Numbered from the stretch's first letter, positions 19,030 to 29,665 are shown. The stretch: DNA of 64,000 bases from Fimbriimonadia bacterium (GCA_041483895.1 JBGPGO010000008.1:64001-128000); one strand, 5' to 3'. Numbers and translations: made by a program. The notes: generated by a model from the sequence alone, not told the origin.

Positions 19030-20660
19030 TGGATGTCGAGGAACTTCGCCTGCAGCTTGCCCGGCGCGAAGCCGAATTGGAGGCGATGCGCCGCGTCAAC
19101 GAGGCGATGGGTTCCGCATTCGGCTCCCAGGAAATGCTGCAGGGAATCGCCGAGATCGGCCGCCAGGTAACCGACACAGACGTCTGCGAAATCTATCTCA
19201 TTCCTGAGAACGGCGAAGAACTTGTCCTCAAAGCCAGCACGGAGAATCAGGACCTGATCGATAAGGTGAGCGTCAAAATCGGCGAGGGGATAACCGGGAT
19301 GGTGGCGCTGGAACGGCAGCCGGTTGGGGTCAATCAGGACGCCTATAAGGATCCCCGCTCGAAGTACGTTCCGATTCTGCACGAAGAGGATTATGAGAGC
19401 TTTTTGGCGGTGCCGCTCCTGGTCCGGGACAAGCTGCTCGGCGTCATTACCGTCCGCACAACCGAGCCGCACGATTACAGCCCGGAAGAAGAAATGCTCC
19501 TTGCCGGCGTCGCGGGCCAGGTGTCGGGAACCATCGAAACGATGAGCCGATTGAGTGAATTGGAACACCAGGCCGTGCAGTATCGGACGCTGGCGCACGT
19601 GGGCCGCATGCTGTCCTCCACCGCCTATCTGGAAGAGATATTGCAGCTCTTGGTATCGGAAACCTCGCGGCAAATGAATTACAGAGTCTGCACGCTGCGG
19701 CTGCTCGACGAAGAGTCCCAGGAGCTTCTTCTGCACGCTTCCATTGCCACGAGCCGCGCGTACCTCAACAAACCGAGCATCAAATTGGGAGAGAGCGTTG
19801 CTGGAGTGGCCGTCAAGGAAAATCGCACGGTGACCGTTGAAGACGTGCAATCCTCTCCCGACTATCTGTTTCCGGAGATTGCGCGGGAACAGGGATTGCG
19901 GTCCCTCATCTGCGTGCCGCTCACGTTGGCGGGGAAGGCGCTCGGCGTACTCTCTTGCTATAAGGGGCAGCGTCACAACTTTACGCGAGACGAGATCCGG
20001 ACGCTGGAGACGATTGCGGGACAGGCGGCGATAGCGGTCAGCCACGCTCGGCTCAGCGCGCGCGATACGCTGATGCAAGAGATGCACCATCGGGTCAAAA
20101 ACAACCTCCAGCAGATTGCGAGCTTGCTGCGGATGAGCATGCAGCATTCAGAGCAAAAGCCACTGGAAGAGCACCTTGCGGAAAGTCTGAACCGCATCCA
20201 GGCCATCGCTACTGTGCATGATCTGCTCTCCCGCGACGATCTCGAATTTGTGCGGCTAAAGGCCGTCGCTGAGGCGATCCTGATGAATTTGATTCAAGGC
20301 TTTGCTCCGCCCGACTGTCACATACGTGTCGCGATCGAAGGCGAAGATGTCCGCCTACCGATGAACCAGGCGAATCATGTCGCGCTGGTGCTGAACGAGC
20401 TGGCGCAAAATGCGATCGAACACGGATTCATCGGTGGAGGTGAGTATGTTATAGAGATTTCGATCGGCGTACAGCAAGACCACGTCGAGATCCAAGTTCG
20501 AAACAATGGCCGGCCTCTTCCTGATGGCTTTGACCTGGCTTCGTCAAAGGGGATGGGCCTTAGCATTTGCGAATCTATCGTCCGCAGCGGTCTCGCCGGA
20601 AAGTTTGCCATCACGCAGGCGGATATGACCGTCGCAGTGTTTACCTTCCATCGGGGTTAG
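19029..20660 (+). CDS. Cytoplasmic GAF-GAF histidine kinase (HisKA_2/PdtaS-like)
   Basis: Two GAF-like domains; EMHHRVKNNLQ, NELAQNAIEHG, GMGLSI. TAATG overlap with rng. Confidence 0.88.
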   Translation: MDVEELRLQLARREAELEAMRRVNEAMGSAFGSQEMLQGIAEIGRQVTDTDVCEIYLIPENGEELVLKASTENQDLIDKVSVKIGEGITGMVALERQPVGVNQDAYKDPRSKYVPILHEEDYESFLAVPLLVRDKLLGVITVRTTEPHDYSPEEEMLLAGVAGQVSGTIETMSRLSELEHQAVQYRTLAHVGRMLSSTAYLEEILQLLVSETSRQMNYRVCTLRLLDEESQELLLHASIATSRAYLNKPSIKLGESVAGVAVKENRTVTVEDVQSSPDYLFPEIAREQGLRSLICVPLTLAGKALGVLSCYKGQRHNFTRDEIRTLETIAGQAAIAVSHARLSARDTLMQEMHHRVKNNLQQIASLLRMSMQHSEQKPLEEHLAESLNRIQAIATVHDLLSRDDLEFVRLKAVAEAILMNLIQGFAPPDCHIRVAIEGEDVRLPMNQANHVALVLNELAQNAIEHGFIGGGEYVIEISIGVQQDHVEIQVRNNGRPLPDGFDLASSKGMGLSICESIVRSGLAGKFAITQADMTVAVFTFHRG

Positions 20661-23037
20661 CGGCTTCAGTTCCCTTGACATATCTATCAAACCAATGCAG
20701 CCGCTCCCACAATACATGTTCCACCGACTCGCGAGCCGAATAGCCGTGCGACTCGTAGGGGAGCATCACCAACCGCACCGTGCCGCCGTGGCCCTTAATC
20801 GCCTGGAACAGCCGCTCGCTTTGGATGGGGAAGGTACCCGGATTATTGTCCATCTCCCCGTGGAACATCAGCAGCGGCGCCTTGATCTTATCGGCGTACA
20901 TAAAGGGGGAAACCTTCATGTACATGTCGGGCGCTTGCCACAAAGTCCGGCGCTCACTCTGAAAACCGAACGGCGTCAGTGTACGATTATATGCGCCGCT
21001 CTGTGCGATTCCCGCCTTGAAAAGATCACAATGGGCGAGCAGGTTGACGGTCATGAATGCGCCATAGCTGTGACCCATTACGCCGACACGATTCGGATCG
21101 GTTACACCCATCTCGTCTGCCTTGTCGATGGCAGCCTTCGCGCTCGATACCAGCTGCTCGATAAACGTGTCGTTAACTGTTTCCGGATCGCCCACAATCG
21201 GTATGGTTACATCATACAAGACGGCGTATCCATTCATGAGGAAGAAGAGCGGCGAGATCCCCGCCATAGTAGTGAATCGATCAGTGGAGCCGCTCACTTG
21301 GCCGGCGGTTGAAGTATCCGTGTATTCTAGCGGATAGGCCCAGATGACGGTCGGAAGGCGCGTGCCCTGCTTGTAGCCGGACGGCAGGTACAACGTAAAG
21401 GAACATTGCACACCGTCGCTCCGCTTGTAGGTAACTAGCTGTTTGGCGATTCCGCGAATCTGCGGCGTGGGGTCCTTGAATGCTGTCAGCGCCTTTACCC
21501 CCGAGGCGTCGTGTAAATAGTAGTTTGGCGGCTCGGACTGGGACTCTTTTCGAGTCACATATTGTCCAGAATCCGGCAGGTATTCAGCCACCGTCTCATA
21601 GTTGCCACCGCCGCATCGCCAAACCTGCTCCGTCTTGCCGCTGGACAGGTCATACCATTGCAGAAACGGATGGCTGCCGGTCGGTCCCGCTCCCTCGCCG
21701 CGCAGCAGCAGGCGTCCGTCTTGATTTATCAGGGCATATTCGCCATTCGTAAGACGCGTCGCAACCGGCTGGCCTGGGTCGCTGTATCGATCGCGCATAT
21801 CCAGGTCCCACAGCAGTTTCGGCGCGCCAGCCGGCTGATTGAAATCCATGAGATAGGTCTGTCGTCGCTGCCGCTCTCGTTCGTATTCTGTCAGGAGTCC
21901 TACTCCGTGCTTCTCGGTCCAGGATATCCCGGCATATCGGTTCCTCGCAAGAGCCAACTCGCGCGCCGCCCCTATCGGGACGTCCCGCATCATCACTTTG
22001 TCCCTATGGTCCACCTTTCGTTTCGGGTCGCCGCCATCCAGCGCCTCCACCCAAACCAGTGTCGAAGGCGCATCCGGACTCCAACCGATACTACGTATCC
22101 CCGTGGGCACGCCATCGAGCGGAACTCCTTCTTCATTCGGAAGGCTGGCCAGCGTCTCGACCTTTCCGGCGTCGATCCACAATAGCTCGATCTCGTGGGC
22201 GAATCCGCCGGCCGGCAAGAGGCGGGAAAAGGGGGGTACGGTCCTATCAACGAGAACGTAGTTGCCATCAGGTGACACGTCCGCGGAGGCGTACATGCCC
22301 TTCTTGCCGATACGCCGTTGCGCACCATTGGGAGAAACGATGATAAGTTGCGATGTCATGAAATATTCGAACAAACGGTCATCGCTTTCGTCCTGGAGTA
22401 GGTCCTGGAAAGTCCGCGTGGGGGCCGTTTTGCCGATGTTCTCCTGTACGTCGGGTCCGGCAGGCACCGGGCTTCGGTTTGGCATCTTCCCGCGATCCTC
22501 CGGCACGGCCCTGACCAGCAGTGAGCCGGTTGACCAGATCCATTGATACGATTGCCCATAGGCCGCGTTCACAGTCAAGTGGGGAAGCGCCTTCGATTTC
22601 CCCGTCTTGGCATCCGCCAGCCAAAGCTCTATCCCCTTGGCGCCGGTCGCAAGAAACGCGATGCGCTGCTCATCCGGCGACCAGCTCGGGCTGGACACCG
22701 AAAGGTCCTTGGGAAGCTGCATCGCCGTCTCCTTCCCATCAGCAACGTTCTTGATCGTCAAACCGACGATTTTTGCTGGCGCATGAGGACCGCTCGTCTG
22801 CGGATTAATGCGCGATCCGGCCAGGCGCAGCATGGGCGCCGCCAAATCCGCGATGGACGGGTACCGAACCCCCTGCACCAGCAGCATCCTGTCCCGCGCC
22901 GGAGAGAATATGACCGTGGGAGGCGGGGGTGCATCCAGCACGTCCAATACTGCCTTCGGCGGCTTCTGATAGCCCTGCGCGAGAAGGGCCGACGGGAGGA
23001 GCCATAGTGCGAATAGGATCGATTTCACGGTTCTCAT
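20641..23037 (-). CDS. S9 family (prolyl oligopeptidase-like) secreted peptidase
   Basis: GHSYGA nucleophile, HGEMDNN, ESHGY; signal peptide after ATG 23037. Confidence 0.88.
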   Translation of the reverse strand: MRTVKSILFALWLLPSALLAQGYQKPPKAVLDVLDAPPPPTVIFSPARDRMLLVQGVRYPSIADLAAPMLRLAGSRINPQTSGPHAPAKIVGLTIKNVADGKETAMQLPKDLSVSSPSWSPDEQRIAFLATGAKGIELWLADAKTGKSKALPHLTVNAAYGQSYQWIWSTGSLLVRAVPEDRGKMPNRSPVPAGPDVQENIGKTAPTRTFQDLLQDESDDRLFEYFMTSQLIIVSPNGAQRRIGKKGMYASADVSPDGNYVLVDRTVPPFSRLLPAGGFAHEIELLWIDAGKVETLASLPNEEGVPLDGVPTGIRSIGWSPDAPSTLVWVEALDGGDPKRKVDHRDKVMMRDVPIGAARELALARNRYAGISWTEKHGVGLLTEYERERQRRQTYLMDFNQPAGAPKLLWDLDMRDRYSDPGQPVATRLTNGEYALINQDGRLLLRGEGAGPTGSHPFLQWYDLSSGKTEQVWRCGGGNYETVAEYLPDSGQYVTRKESQSEPPNYYLHDASGVKALTAFKDPTPQIRGIAKQLVTYKRSDGVQCSFTLYLPSGYKQGTRLPTVIWAYPLEYTDTSTAGQVSGSTDRFTTMAGISPLFFLMNGYAVLYDVTIPIVGDPETVNDTFIEQLVSSAKAAIDKADEMGVTDPNRVGVMGHSYGAFMTVNLLAHCDLFKAGIAQSGAYNRTLTPFGFQSERRTLWQAPDMYMKVSPFMYADKIKAPLLMFHGEMDNNPGTFPIQSERLFQAIKGHGGTVRLVMLPYESHGYSARESVEHVLWERLHWFDRYVKGTEAANPDGR

Positions 23038-23063
23038 GCCTCGAATGATACACAATGGAGGGC

Positions 23064-24656
23064 ATGATCCATCTGCTTTTGTCCGCCGTCGCGATGCAGA
23101 CTTGGCCGCTGACCCGCGCGGAACGGACCGATTTCCAAGAGACATCGCATTACGAAGACGTAATCGCCTTCATTCAACAGCTTCAGAAAATGGGGGCCCC
23201 GATCACGGTCGAGTACATGGGAACCAGCCAAGAGGGAAGGCCGATACCGCTCGTCATCGCCACCAGAATCCCCGATCCGCACAGGGCCGGAAAGCCAGTG
23301 GTCTACATCCAGGCCAATATCCACGCCGGCGAAGTGGAAGGGAAGGAGGCCGCCCTACACATTCTCCGCAAGCTCTGCCAAGGCGGCGACATGCTCGACA
23401 AAATGGTGATCCTGATGACCCCGATCTACAACTGCGACGGCAACGAGAAATGGGGTCCAGGGGAGCGCAATCGGCCGGAACAGGACGGCCCCGCCATCGT
23501 TGGGGTACGGGGCAACGGACAGGGATTAGACCTGAACCGAGACGCGATCAAGGCCGATTCGCCGGAGATGCGGGCCGCATTGGATCGAATCTATTCCCAG
23601 TGGGACCCGGACATCGTGATGGACCTGCACACCACCGACGGCACGCGCCACGGGTATGAACTGACCTACGCGCCGCCGCTCAACCCCAACACCCCGCCAT
23701 CCGTCCTGAAATATTCGCGCGATGAGTTGCTTCCGGGTTTGCGCAAACGGCTTCGGCAGCAGTTCAAGATGGAGATGCAGGACTATGGAAACGTTTACGA
23801 TCGGGAAGGGATCAAAGCCTGGTATACGGTCGCGCCGGAGGGCCGGTACGAAACCAACTACGCGGGCCTTCGCGGGCGAATTGGGCTGCTGAGCGAGGCC
23901 ACCACCTATCTGCCGTTCAAGGACCGCGTCGTCGCAACCGAGCGCTTCGTCTGGGGCGTGTTAGAAGAGGTGGCGAAGAATCCGGCCAAGATCGTTGCAC
24001 TGACTCGGCAGGCGGACAAGGATGTCGTGACGTGGGCGACGACTCACCCGGAACTTGGCGTCCGCTTTGAGATGGCCCCGCGCGGATCCGAAGAAGTGAT
24101 TCTGGAGGGCTTCGCTCCGTCGAAGCCGAACGCTCCGTCGAAACCGAACGGCAAATTGGAGGGCTCCGTTTCATCGGAGCCGCACGGCCGCCCAACAAAC
24201 CTGACACGCGTCAAGATGCCGGTGTACGATCGCTTTGTCCCAACGCGCACCGCCAACTACCCCGCCGCCTACTGGATACCGGCGGAACAGGAGAAGGAGA
24301 TCGAACTGCTCCGCCGCCACGGAGTCAAGGTCGAAAAGCTGGTAGAGGACTCGCAGGTCGAGTGCGAGGAGTTCACGATCTCGGAGGTGCATGAAGATGC
24401 CAAACTATTCCAGGGCCATCGGCTGGTGCGATTGGAGGGGAAATTCGCTCCCGCGAAACGCACGATGCCAAAGGGCAGCTACCTGGTCCGCACCGCCCAA
24501 CCGCTCGGCCTGGTCGCGTTTTCCATTCTGGAGCCGGAGGGCCTGGACGGCGCCTCCGCCTGGGGCTTCTTTTCACCGGCGATGAAAATGGGTGACGCGT
24601 TTCCTATTCTCAAGTCATTTGAAAGTCCGAAATGCGCCACGGAGTCAAGGTGGTAG
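23064..24656 (+). CDS. M14 family zinc carboxypeptidase
   Basis: IHAGEVEGKE, DLNRD, DLHTT; GGAGG before ATG 23064 (alternative start 23055). Confidence 0.88.
   Translation: MIHLLLSAVAMQTWPLTRAERTDFQETSHYEDVIAFIQQLQKMGAPITVEYMGTSQEGRPIPLVIATRIPDPHRAGKPVVYIQANIHAGEVEGKEAALHILRKLCQGGDMLDKMVILMTPIYNCDGNEKWGPGERNRPEQDGPAIVGVRGNGQGLDLNRDAIKADSPEMRAALDRIYSQWDPDIVMDLHTTDGTRHGYELTYAPPLNPNTPPSVLKYSRDELLPGLRKRLRQQFKMEMQDYGNVYDREGIKAWYTVAPEGRYETNYAGLRGRIGLLSEATTYLPFKDRVVATERFVWGVLEEVAKNPAKIVALTRQADKDVVTWATTHPELGVRFEMAPRGSEEVILEGFAPSKPNAPSKPNGKLEGSVSSEPHGRPTNLTRVKMPVYDRFVPTRTANYPAAYWIPAEQEKEIELLRRHGVKVEKLVEDSQVECEEFTISEVHEDAKLFQGHRLVRLEGKFAPAKRTMPKGSYLVRTAQPLGLVAFSILEPEGLDGASAWGFFSPAMKMGDAFPILKSFESPKCATESRW
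24103..24184. repeat. In-frame palindromic repeat cluster within the M14 peptidase
   Basis: TGGAGGGCTTCGCTCCGTCGAAGCCG, a partial duplicate, and TTGGAGGGCTCCGTTTCATCGGAGCCGCA; same family as 748-776. Confidence 0.75.
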
Positions 24657-24775
24657 GAGCGATGCAGACACAGCCGGAAGCCATCCCCGACTCCTGCAGC
24701 CCGTAATTACTGATCGATTTCACATATGAACAGGAGTCCTATTGCAGACGTATAACTTGGCATCAGGAATTACCT

Positions 24776-25300
24776 GTGAAGCGTGTCATTTTCGTCGCTC
24801 TATTACTCGGTGTGGCGCTCGGTTGCACCCGCGCCCCGATTCGTCCGAAACCGCCGGCCGGTTGGATTCTTTTCAAACCGCACGGCTGCGGTTTCTCGGT
24901 CAACCTGCCGAGGGAGCCCGCCGAAGGACGGACGAATTGGACGCCCAATATGAAGGTTGGGAAAAAGTGGAGTGTCAACGACGAGCTGATCGCGTACAAG
25001 ATTCTGTACGTGGAGTTCACGAAAGTGCGCGGCAGCGATCGGGAAAAGCTGAGCGCTTATGTGACGGGGTTCGAAAGGTCCTTCGCTCGGGAACGAATCC
25101 TCACCACCAATTCCACGGATATCAGCGTGCGCGGCAAGCCAGGGCACCGGTCCGAGTTCATCTTCCCGGACTCTGTCAGCGAGATCATGGTTGTGGTAGA
25201 GCAGGATGACGTCTATAGAATCCTCTTCGTGGCTGGGCCGAGCGGGCAGTTGGATGGGGTCAAACCGAAAGCCTTTCTCGATTCGTTTGAGGTCGAATAG
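24776..25300 (+). CDS. Hypothetical lipoprotein (paralog 1)
   Basis: Lipobox-like ALGC; PxGWxxFxP...FSVxLP motif. Confidence 0.7.
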   Translation: MKRVIFVALLLGVALGCTRAPIRPKPPAGWILFKPHGCGFSVNLPREPAEGRTNWTPNMKVGKKWSVNDELIAYKILYVEFTKVRGSDREKLSAYVTGFERSFARERILTTNSTDISVRGKPGHRSEFIFPDSVSEIMVVVEQDDVYRILFVAGPSGQLDGVKPKAFLDSFEVE

Positions 25301-25357
25301 CGTTCTTGCAGGAATCCCCAGCGCATAGCGCAAAGTAGGCTGGGAAGGAGGCGAGAT

Positions 25358-25894
25358 TTGAAACGAATTTACTTTTGCCATATGATTCTAGTGGCTTGCC
25401 TGCTCGTGGGCTGTTCGAAACCCGTCCAGCCGCGTCCATCCCTTCCCGTTGGATGGATTGACTTTAGTCCTGCAAATATGGGGTTCTCTGTCTATCTCCC
25501 CAAAAAGCCGGCCCCCTTTCCTGTTCCAAATGTTCCGAAAGAAGCCAAACTCATGAAGGCATGGCAGATCGTCGGCCCGCCGATGGGGTATCGCCTAGTG
25601 AATTCGCGCGGCCCTTTCACCAAGGATCTGAAAGTTGAACTTTCCGCTTATTGCGAGAAGTTCGATCGGGATTTCTGTAAGGCGAGTGGGGCAACAGTCA
25701 ACTCTTCGAAAGACATGGAGATCCGCAGCTTACAAGGACATCGGACGGATGTGACGATTCCGGGTGGCTACACGGGATTTATCGTGTCGGTAATCAAAGG
25801 TGACGGGATATTTTCATTGGTTGCTGTCGGTCCGCCGGCGGACGTGAATCGACCGGAACTCAACACCTGCATCGATTCAATCGAGCTGAAATAG
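25358..25894 (+). CDS. Hypothetical lipoprotein (paralog 2)
   Basis: LVGC lipobox; same motif; AAGGAGG RBS. Confidence 0.7.
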   Translation: MKRIYFCHMILVACLLVGCSKPVQPRPSLPVGWIDFSPANMGFSVYLPKKPAPFPVPNVPKEAKLMKAWQIVGPPMGYRLVNSRGPFTKDLKVELSAYCEKFDRDFCKASGATVNSSKDMEIRSLQGHRTDVTIPGGYTGFIVSVIKGDGIFSLVAVGPPADVNRPELNTCIDSIELK

Positions 25895-25925
25895 CGTCGA
25901 GAATTAACCGATTGGTGAGGTAGGC

Positions 25926-26447
25926 ATGAACCGATTGTATGTACAACTTTGCGTCATTGGAGTCATTGCGATATGTGGTTGTTCCTCAAAGCCGAAACTT
26001 CCAACCGGATGGGCTGTCTTCCAGCCGGCAGGCTGGAAGTTCTCTGTCTACATGCCCCAGATTCCTCCGACGGATCCCAGCATGATCTTCCAAGATAAAA
26101 CGGGTCGAGGGCAAGGCTGGTCAATCGAAGGCGAAAACCGCATCCATATGATCGTGGCGATGGAGGGCAAGGGATTAGAACAGATGAGGTCCGGTACTGA
26201 AGCCTACTTGGATTCCCAGGTCAAGCCTATGTTCGCCGAAGCCAATCTTCGTCAGACCGCAAAGCGTGAAACCAAAATCAACGGCCATCCAACGACCGTC
26301 GTGGACTACACAGGATCGCTGACGAGCTTCATGACAGTCCAATATGTTTACCACGGAGACGTGGTAGTGATGCTGATTTTGGGTAGTACGGGCGGCAAAG
26401 ATGATGATAATATGAAGGCGTTCCTCAATTCCGTTGAGTTCAAGTAG
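25926..26447 (+). CDS. Hypothetical lipoprotein (paralog 3)
   Basis: ICGC lipobox-like; same motif; C-terminal FLNSVEF resembles paralog 1. Confidence 0.7.
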   Translation: MNRLYVQLCVIGVIAICGCSSKPKLPTGWAVFQPAGWKFSVYMPQIPPTDPSMIFQDKTGRGQGWSIEGENRIHMIVAMEGKGLEQMRSGTEAYLDSQVKPMFAEANLRQTAKRETKINGHPTTVVDYTGSLTSFMTVQYVYHGDVVVMLILGSTGGKDDDNMKAFLNSVEFK

Positions 26448-26461
26448 GTATCATCGCCCTT

Positions 26462-27448
26462 ATGCAATATCGTAGTCTGGGAAGAACGGGAGTGCAGGTC
26501 AGTGAGCTGTGTCTGGGGTGCATGAATTTCGGCTGGGGGACCGAAGAGGCCGACTCCATCGCCATCCTCAATCACGCCTTGGAGCAGGGCGTGAACTTTT
26601 GGGACACTGCCAACGTGTATAACAAGGGCGAGAGCGAAAAGGTGGTCGGCAAGGCGCTGCAAGGGAAGCGCGAGAAGGTCATCCTGGCGACCAAGTTCCA
26701 TGGCAAGATGTCCGACGACCCGAACGATTCGGGCAATTCCCGCCGCCACATCATCGCCGCCTGCGAAGCCTCACTGAAGCGGCTCGGCACGGACTGGATC
26801 GATCTGTACCAAATCCATCGCCCGCAGCCGGAAATCCCGATTGATGAGACCTTGCGCGCGCTGGACGATCTGATCCGGGCCGGTAAGGTGCGCTATGCCG
26901 GGACCAGCACGTTCGGCGCATGGCAGATCACGGAATCGATATGGGTTGCCAAAGAGCTGGGCCTCAATCGCTTTGTCTGCGAGCAGCCGCCATACAATCT
27001 CCTCGATCGCCGAATCGAACGCGAACTGCTGCCGTGCTGCATCACTTACGGGATTGGGGTCATCGCCTGGTCTCCGCTCGCGGGCGGGTTCCTGACGGGC
27101 AAGTACATCGGAGGGGCGAAGCCGGAAGGATCGCGCTACGAAAAGGACAAGCCTTTCCGCGAAATCGGCCCGCACGCCCTGGAAGTCATCGACAAGTTCC
27201 ATGCCTATGCCAAGAATAGGGAAGTGGCGGCATCGCATCTGGCTCTGGCGTGGGTCATGCGGCTGGAAGGCGTTACCGCCCCGATCATGGGCCCACGGAC
27301 AATGGAACAACTTCAAGATCAACTAAAGGCGTGCGATATCGAGATCACCGACGACGACCGGAAAGCCATCGACGAGATCTCTCCGCCCGGAAGCCATGTG
27401 GCGGAGTATTACACAGCCAACTTCGGACCGAACAAATACGCTCTGTAA
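26462..27448 (+). CDS. Aldo/keto reductase
   Basis: LGRTGVQVSELCLG, DTANVY, SLKRLGTDWIDLYQIH, WSPLAGG. Confidence 0.93.
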   Translation: MQYRSLGRTGVQVSELCLGCMNFGWGTEEADSIAILNHALEQGVNFWDTANVYNKGESEKVVGKALQGKREKVILATKFHGKMSDDPNDSGNSRRHIIAACEASLKRLGTDWIDLYQIHRPQPEIPIDETLRALDDLIRAGKVRYAGTSTFGAWQITESIWVAKELGLNRFVCEQPPYNLLDRRIERELLPCCITYGIGVIAWSPLAGGFLTGKYIGGAKPEGSRYEKDKPFREIGPHALEVIDKFHAYAKNREVAASHLALAWVMRLEGVTAPIMGPRTMEQLQDQLKACDIEITDDDRKAIDEISPPGSHVAEYYTANFGPNKYAL

Positions 27449-27462
27449 GTCGCCGATGAACG

Positions 27463-28311
27463 CTACAGGGAAATCGCAACGACGGCTTTGCCGAGGGCCG
27501 GGATGAATCGCACCTCGTTCGCGCCGAAGTACTGCATCCCCATGCTAAACGCGATACCGGACACACCCGCCTGGCGCGCCATTTTGGTGACCTTTCCCGC
27601 AATCACCCAGTCCGGAGTCGTCTCGCTTGAGACCTCCTCCGAAACATAGTCGGCGATGCGGCGAACCCAGGCGTCAATGGGCTGCATAAACAGCCGATCC
27701 GCCGGTTCAACGTGCAGCTCCAACGCGTAGAGCCACACGATATCGCGGAGCATGAGAGAGCAAATCTTCGGACCGATGCCGCGCACGGCGACGAGCCGCT
27801 CAAACCAAGGCTGAATTTTTCCGGACCGGATGACGCTGTCCCGCACCGCATGAAACAGATTGCCGACGCAGTCTTCCCGATGGATATCTTGCACCAACTC
27901 GAGAATGCCATCCAAGATGCCGCGGTTCATCTGTTCGGTGGGTTTCCGCCGGCGTTCTTCGCAGACCTGCAGGAACAGGCTCCAAAGAGAAATCGGTCCG
28001 GAAGACTCCAACAAGTGATCGAATGCTTCGTCCGTTGGCGTCAGGCGATTGAGGGCCTCCACCGCAATGGCGGCATACTCATCCCCGACATCTCCGCGCC
28101 GAGAGAACGCATAGTAACCGTAGACCACTCGAAGCACTGCATGGGGGCTCTCGAGCGCTTCCAGAATCATGTCTTGCGAGATAGGAGGCAATCGGAGGAC
28201 CGATGCGATTCTGGGCAAAAGGACATCTTGTTGAAAGCGGGTCGCCTTTTCCCCCGCTATTTTACGGATCACCCTCTTTTGGGCGAGTTCATCTATTGTA
28301 AAATTTGTCAT
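27463..28311 (-). CDS. Hypothetical protein with HhH-GPD glycosylase-like motif
   Basis: VRGIGPKICSLMLRD followed by PIDAWVRR. Confidence 0.55.
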   Translation of the reverse strand: MTNFTIDELAQKRVIRKIAGEKATRFQQDVLLPRIASVLRLPPISQDMILEALESPHAVLRVVYGYYAFSRRGDVGDEYAAIAVEALNRLTPTDEAFDHLLESSGPISLWSLFLQVCEERRRKPTEQMNRGILDGILELVQDIHREDCVGNLFHAVRDSVIRSGKIQPWFERLVAVRGIGPKICSLMLRDIVWLYALELHVEPADRLFMQPIDAWVRRIADYVSEEVSSETTPDWVIAGKVTKMARQAGVSGIAFSMGMQYFGANEVRFIPALGKAVVAISL

Positions 28312-28342
28312 GGTTGCGCCTGTGGTCGCGACAGGCTCTAAA

Positions 28343-29665
28343 TCAAAAAGTAGCGTCGGCGCCGAGGGACCAGTAAAAGGGCAGAACAGGTGTCTGGACC
28401 TCTTTATTAGCGCCCGAGGCCGTATTCACAGCCAACATTCTCTGCAATATTTCCCCGACCCACGACTTCACATCCAACCGCGCGCCTCGCATCTTGTTCT
28501 CAATTACCCACGCGGCGGAGGAACACCATAGTCCTACCGGGCCAGTTGGAGAACCGATGGTGAGACACCGCTCGTTCTCCCAGCAGGCGTTGATCAGTGC
28601 GTAGGCGCCCATCTTCATGTTGTCGTAACCGAACTTCATGTCGTTGCTTTCAACAAGCCGGTCCACTTGAAAGACCGCGCAGAGCCGATTCGTCTTTCCA
28701 ATGAAGTTAGCCAACAGATCGTTCTTTTTGACAAACTCGCTGAACGCGTCTCGATTCTCGACGCCGCTTGGGATCAGATAGTCCATTTTATCCGCCGGAT
28801 TCTCCCGGCCCGCTCCCGTGAACATAAAGAACACCACAGCGCCGGGCGGCAGGGTCGCGGCGAAGCTCTGGACGCCTGTCAACAACTGTTCATACGTGGG
28901 CTCGGTGAGGATCGTCACGTGAGACGGATCGTATCCGGTGCTCTTCGTGAGAGCCTCCTTCATCAGCGCGCAGTCATTGATGGCATTGGGAACATCGCCG
29001 ACCGAGGCGTGGTACTTGCTGATGCCGATCAAGATCGCATACTTCATGGGGTCGATAGCGACCGGAGCATTCGGATTCGTGCCGGTTGGCCCGGCGGAGG
29101 TCTTCACTTCGCTCTTTGCCTTCACCATCGATGAGGCGGCGAGCCGGTCCGAATCGGTAAGGATTTCGTTGTCTACTCGCCAATCCAGCTTCTTTTGCGA
29201 ATCGAGATCGCCGGCTGTTTGAATGGCGGCGGCGGCCTTTACGGCATCTCCCAAGGCCTTCTGGGCATCAGAAATCACAAAATAGAGGGCGGCGCTGTTT
29301 TGACCCTTTGCCGCAAGCGCCTGCAGTTCCGCCACGGCGGTCGCAAAATGAGGCTTGCCGGATTCGCCACCGGCGGCCAGACCCAATTGGTACTCTGCAT
29401 AGGCCCCGCCGAAGTTGGCGCTGTAGGGCGCGCCCTTGCGCCAGGTTTCGCGTGTTGTCGGGCCGATGGTGAAGGTGGTTGATAGGCTGGAATCCATCGG
29501 CCGCAGCTTGCCGGCGGCCTGGAACATGGAGCGGGCGGTAGCCCAGTTCTTGGCCTTTGCCGCGGTAACTCCCTGCATATAGGGCTCAATCCAGGGTTCC
29601 TGGGCGAGCGCGAGCGCCGCGAACCCCAGAGCCACAATCGTCATTCCAAGCCGTTTTGTCAACAT
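28343..29665 (-). CDS. Secreted helical + caspase-like (C14) domain protein, catalytic dyad apparently absent
   Basis: KYAILIGISKY...NAINDC; FMFTGAG and FQVDR at the positions where SGHG and DACR are expected. Confidence 0.7.
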   Translation of the reverse strand: MLTKRLGMTIVALGFAALALAQEPWIEPYMQGVTAAKAKNWATARSMFQAAGKLRPMDSSLSTTFTIGPTTRETWRKGAPYSANFGGAYAEYQLGLAAGGESGKPHFATAVAELQALAAKGQNSAALYFVISDAQKALGDAVKAAAAIQTAGDLDSQKKLDWRVDNEILTDSDRLAASSMVKAKSEVKTSAGPTGTNPNAPVAIDPMKYAILIGISKYHASVGDVPNAINDCALMKEALTKSTGYDPSHVTILTEPTYEQLLTGVQSFAATLPPGAVVFFMFTGAGRENPADKMDYLIPSGVENRDAFSEFVKKNDLLANFIGKTNRLCAVFQVDRLVESNDMKFGYDNMKMGAYALINACWENERCLTIGSPTGPVGLWCSSAAWVIENKMRGARLDVKSWVGEILQRMLAVNTASGANKEVQTPVLPFYWSLGADATF

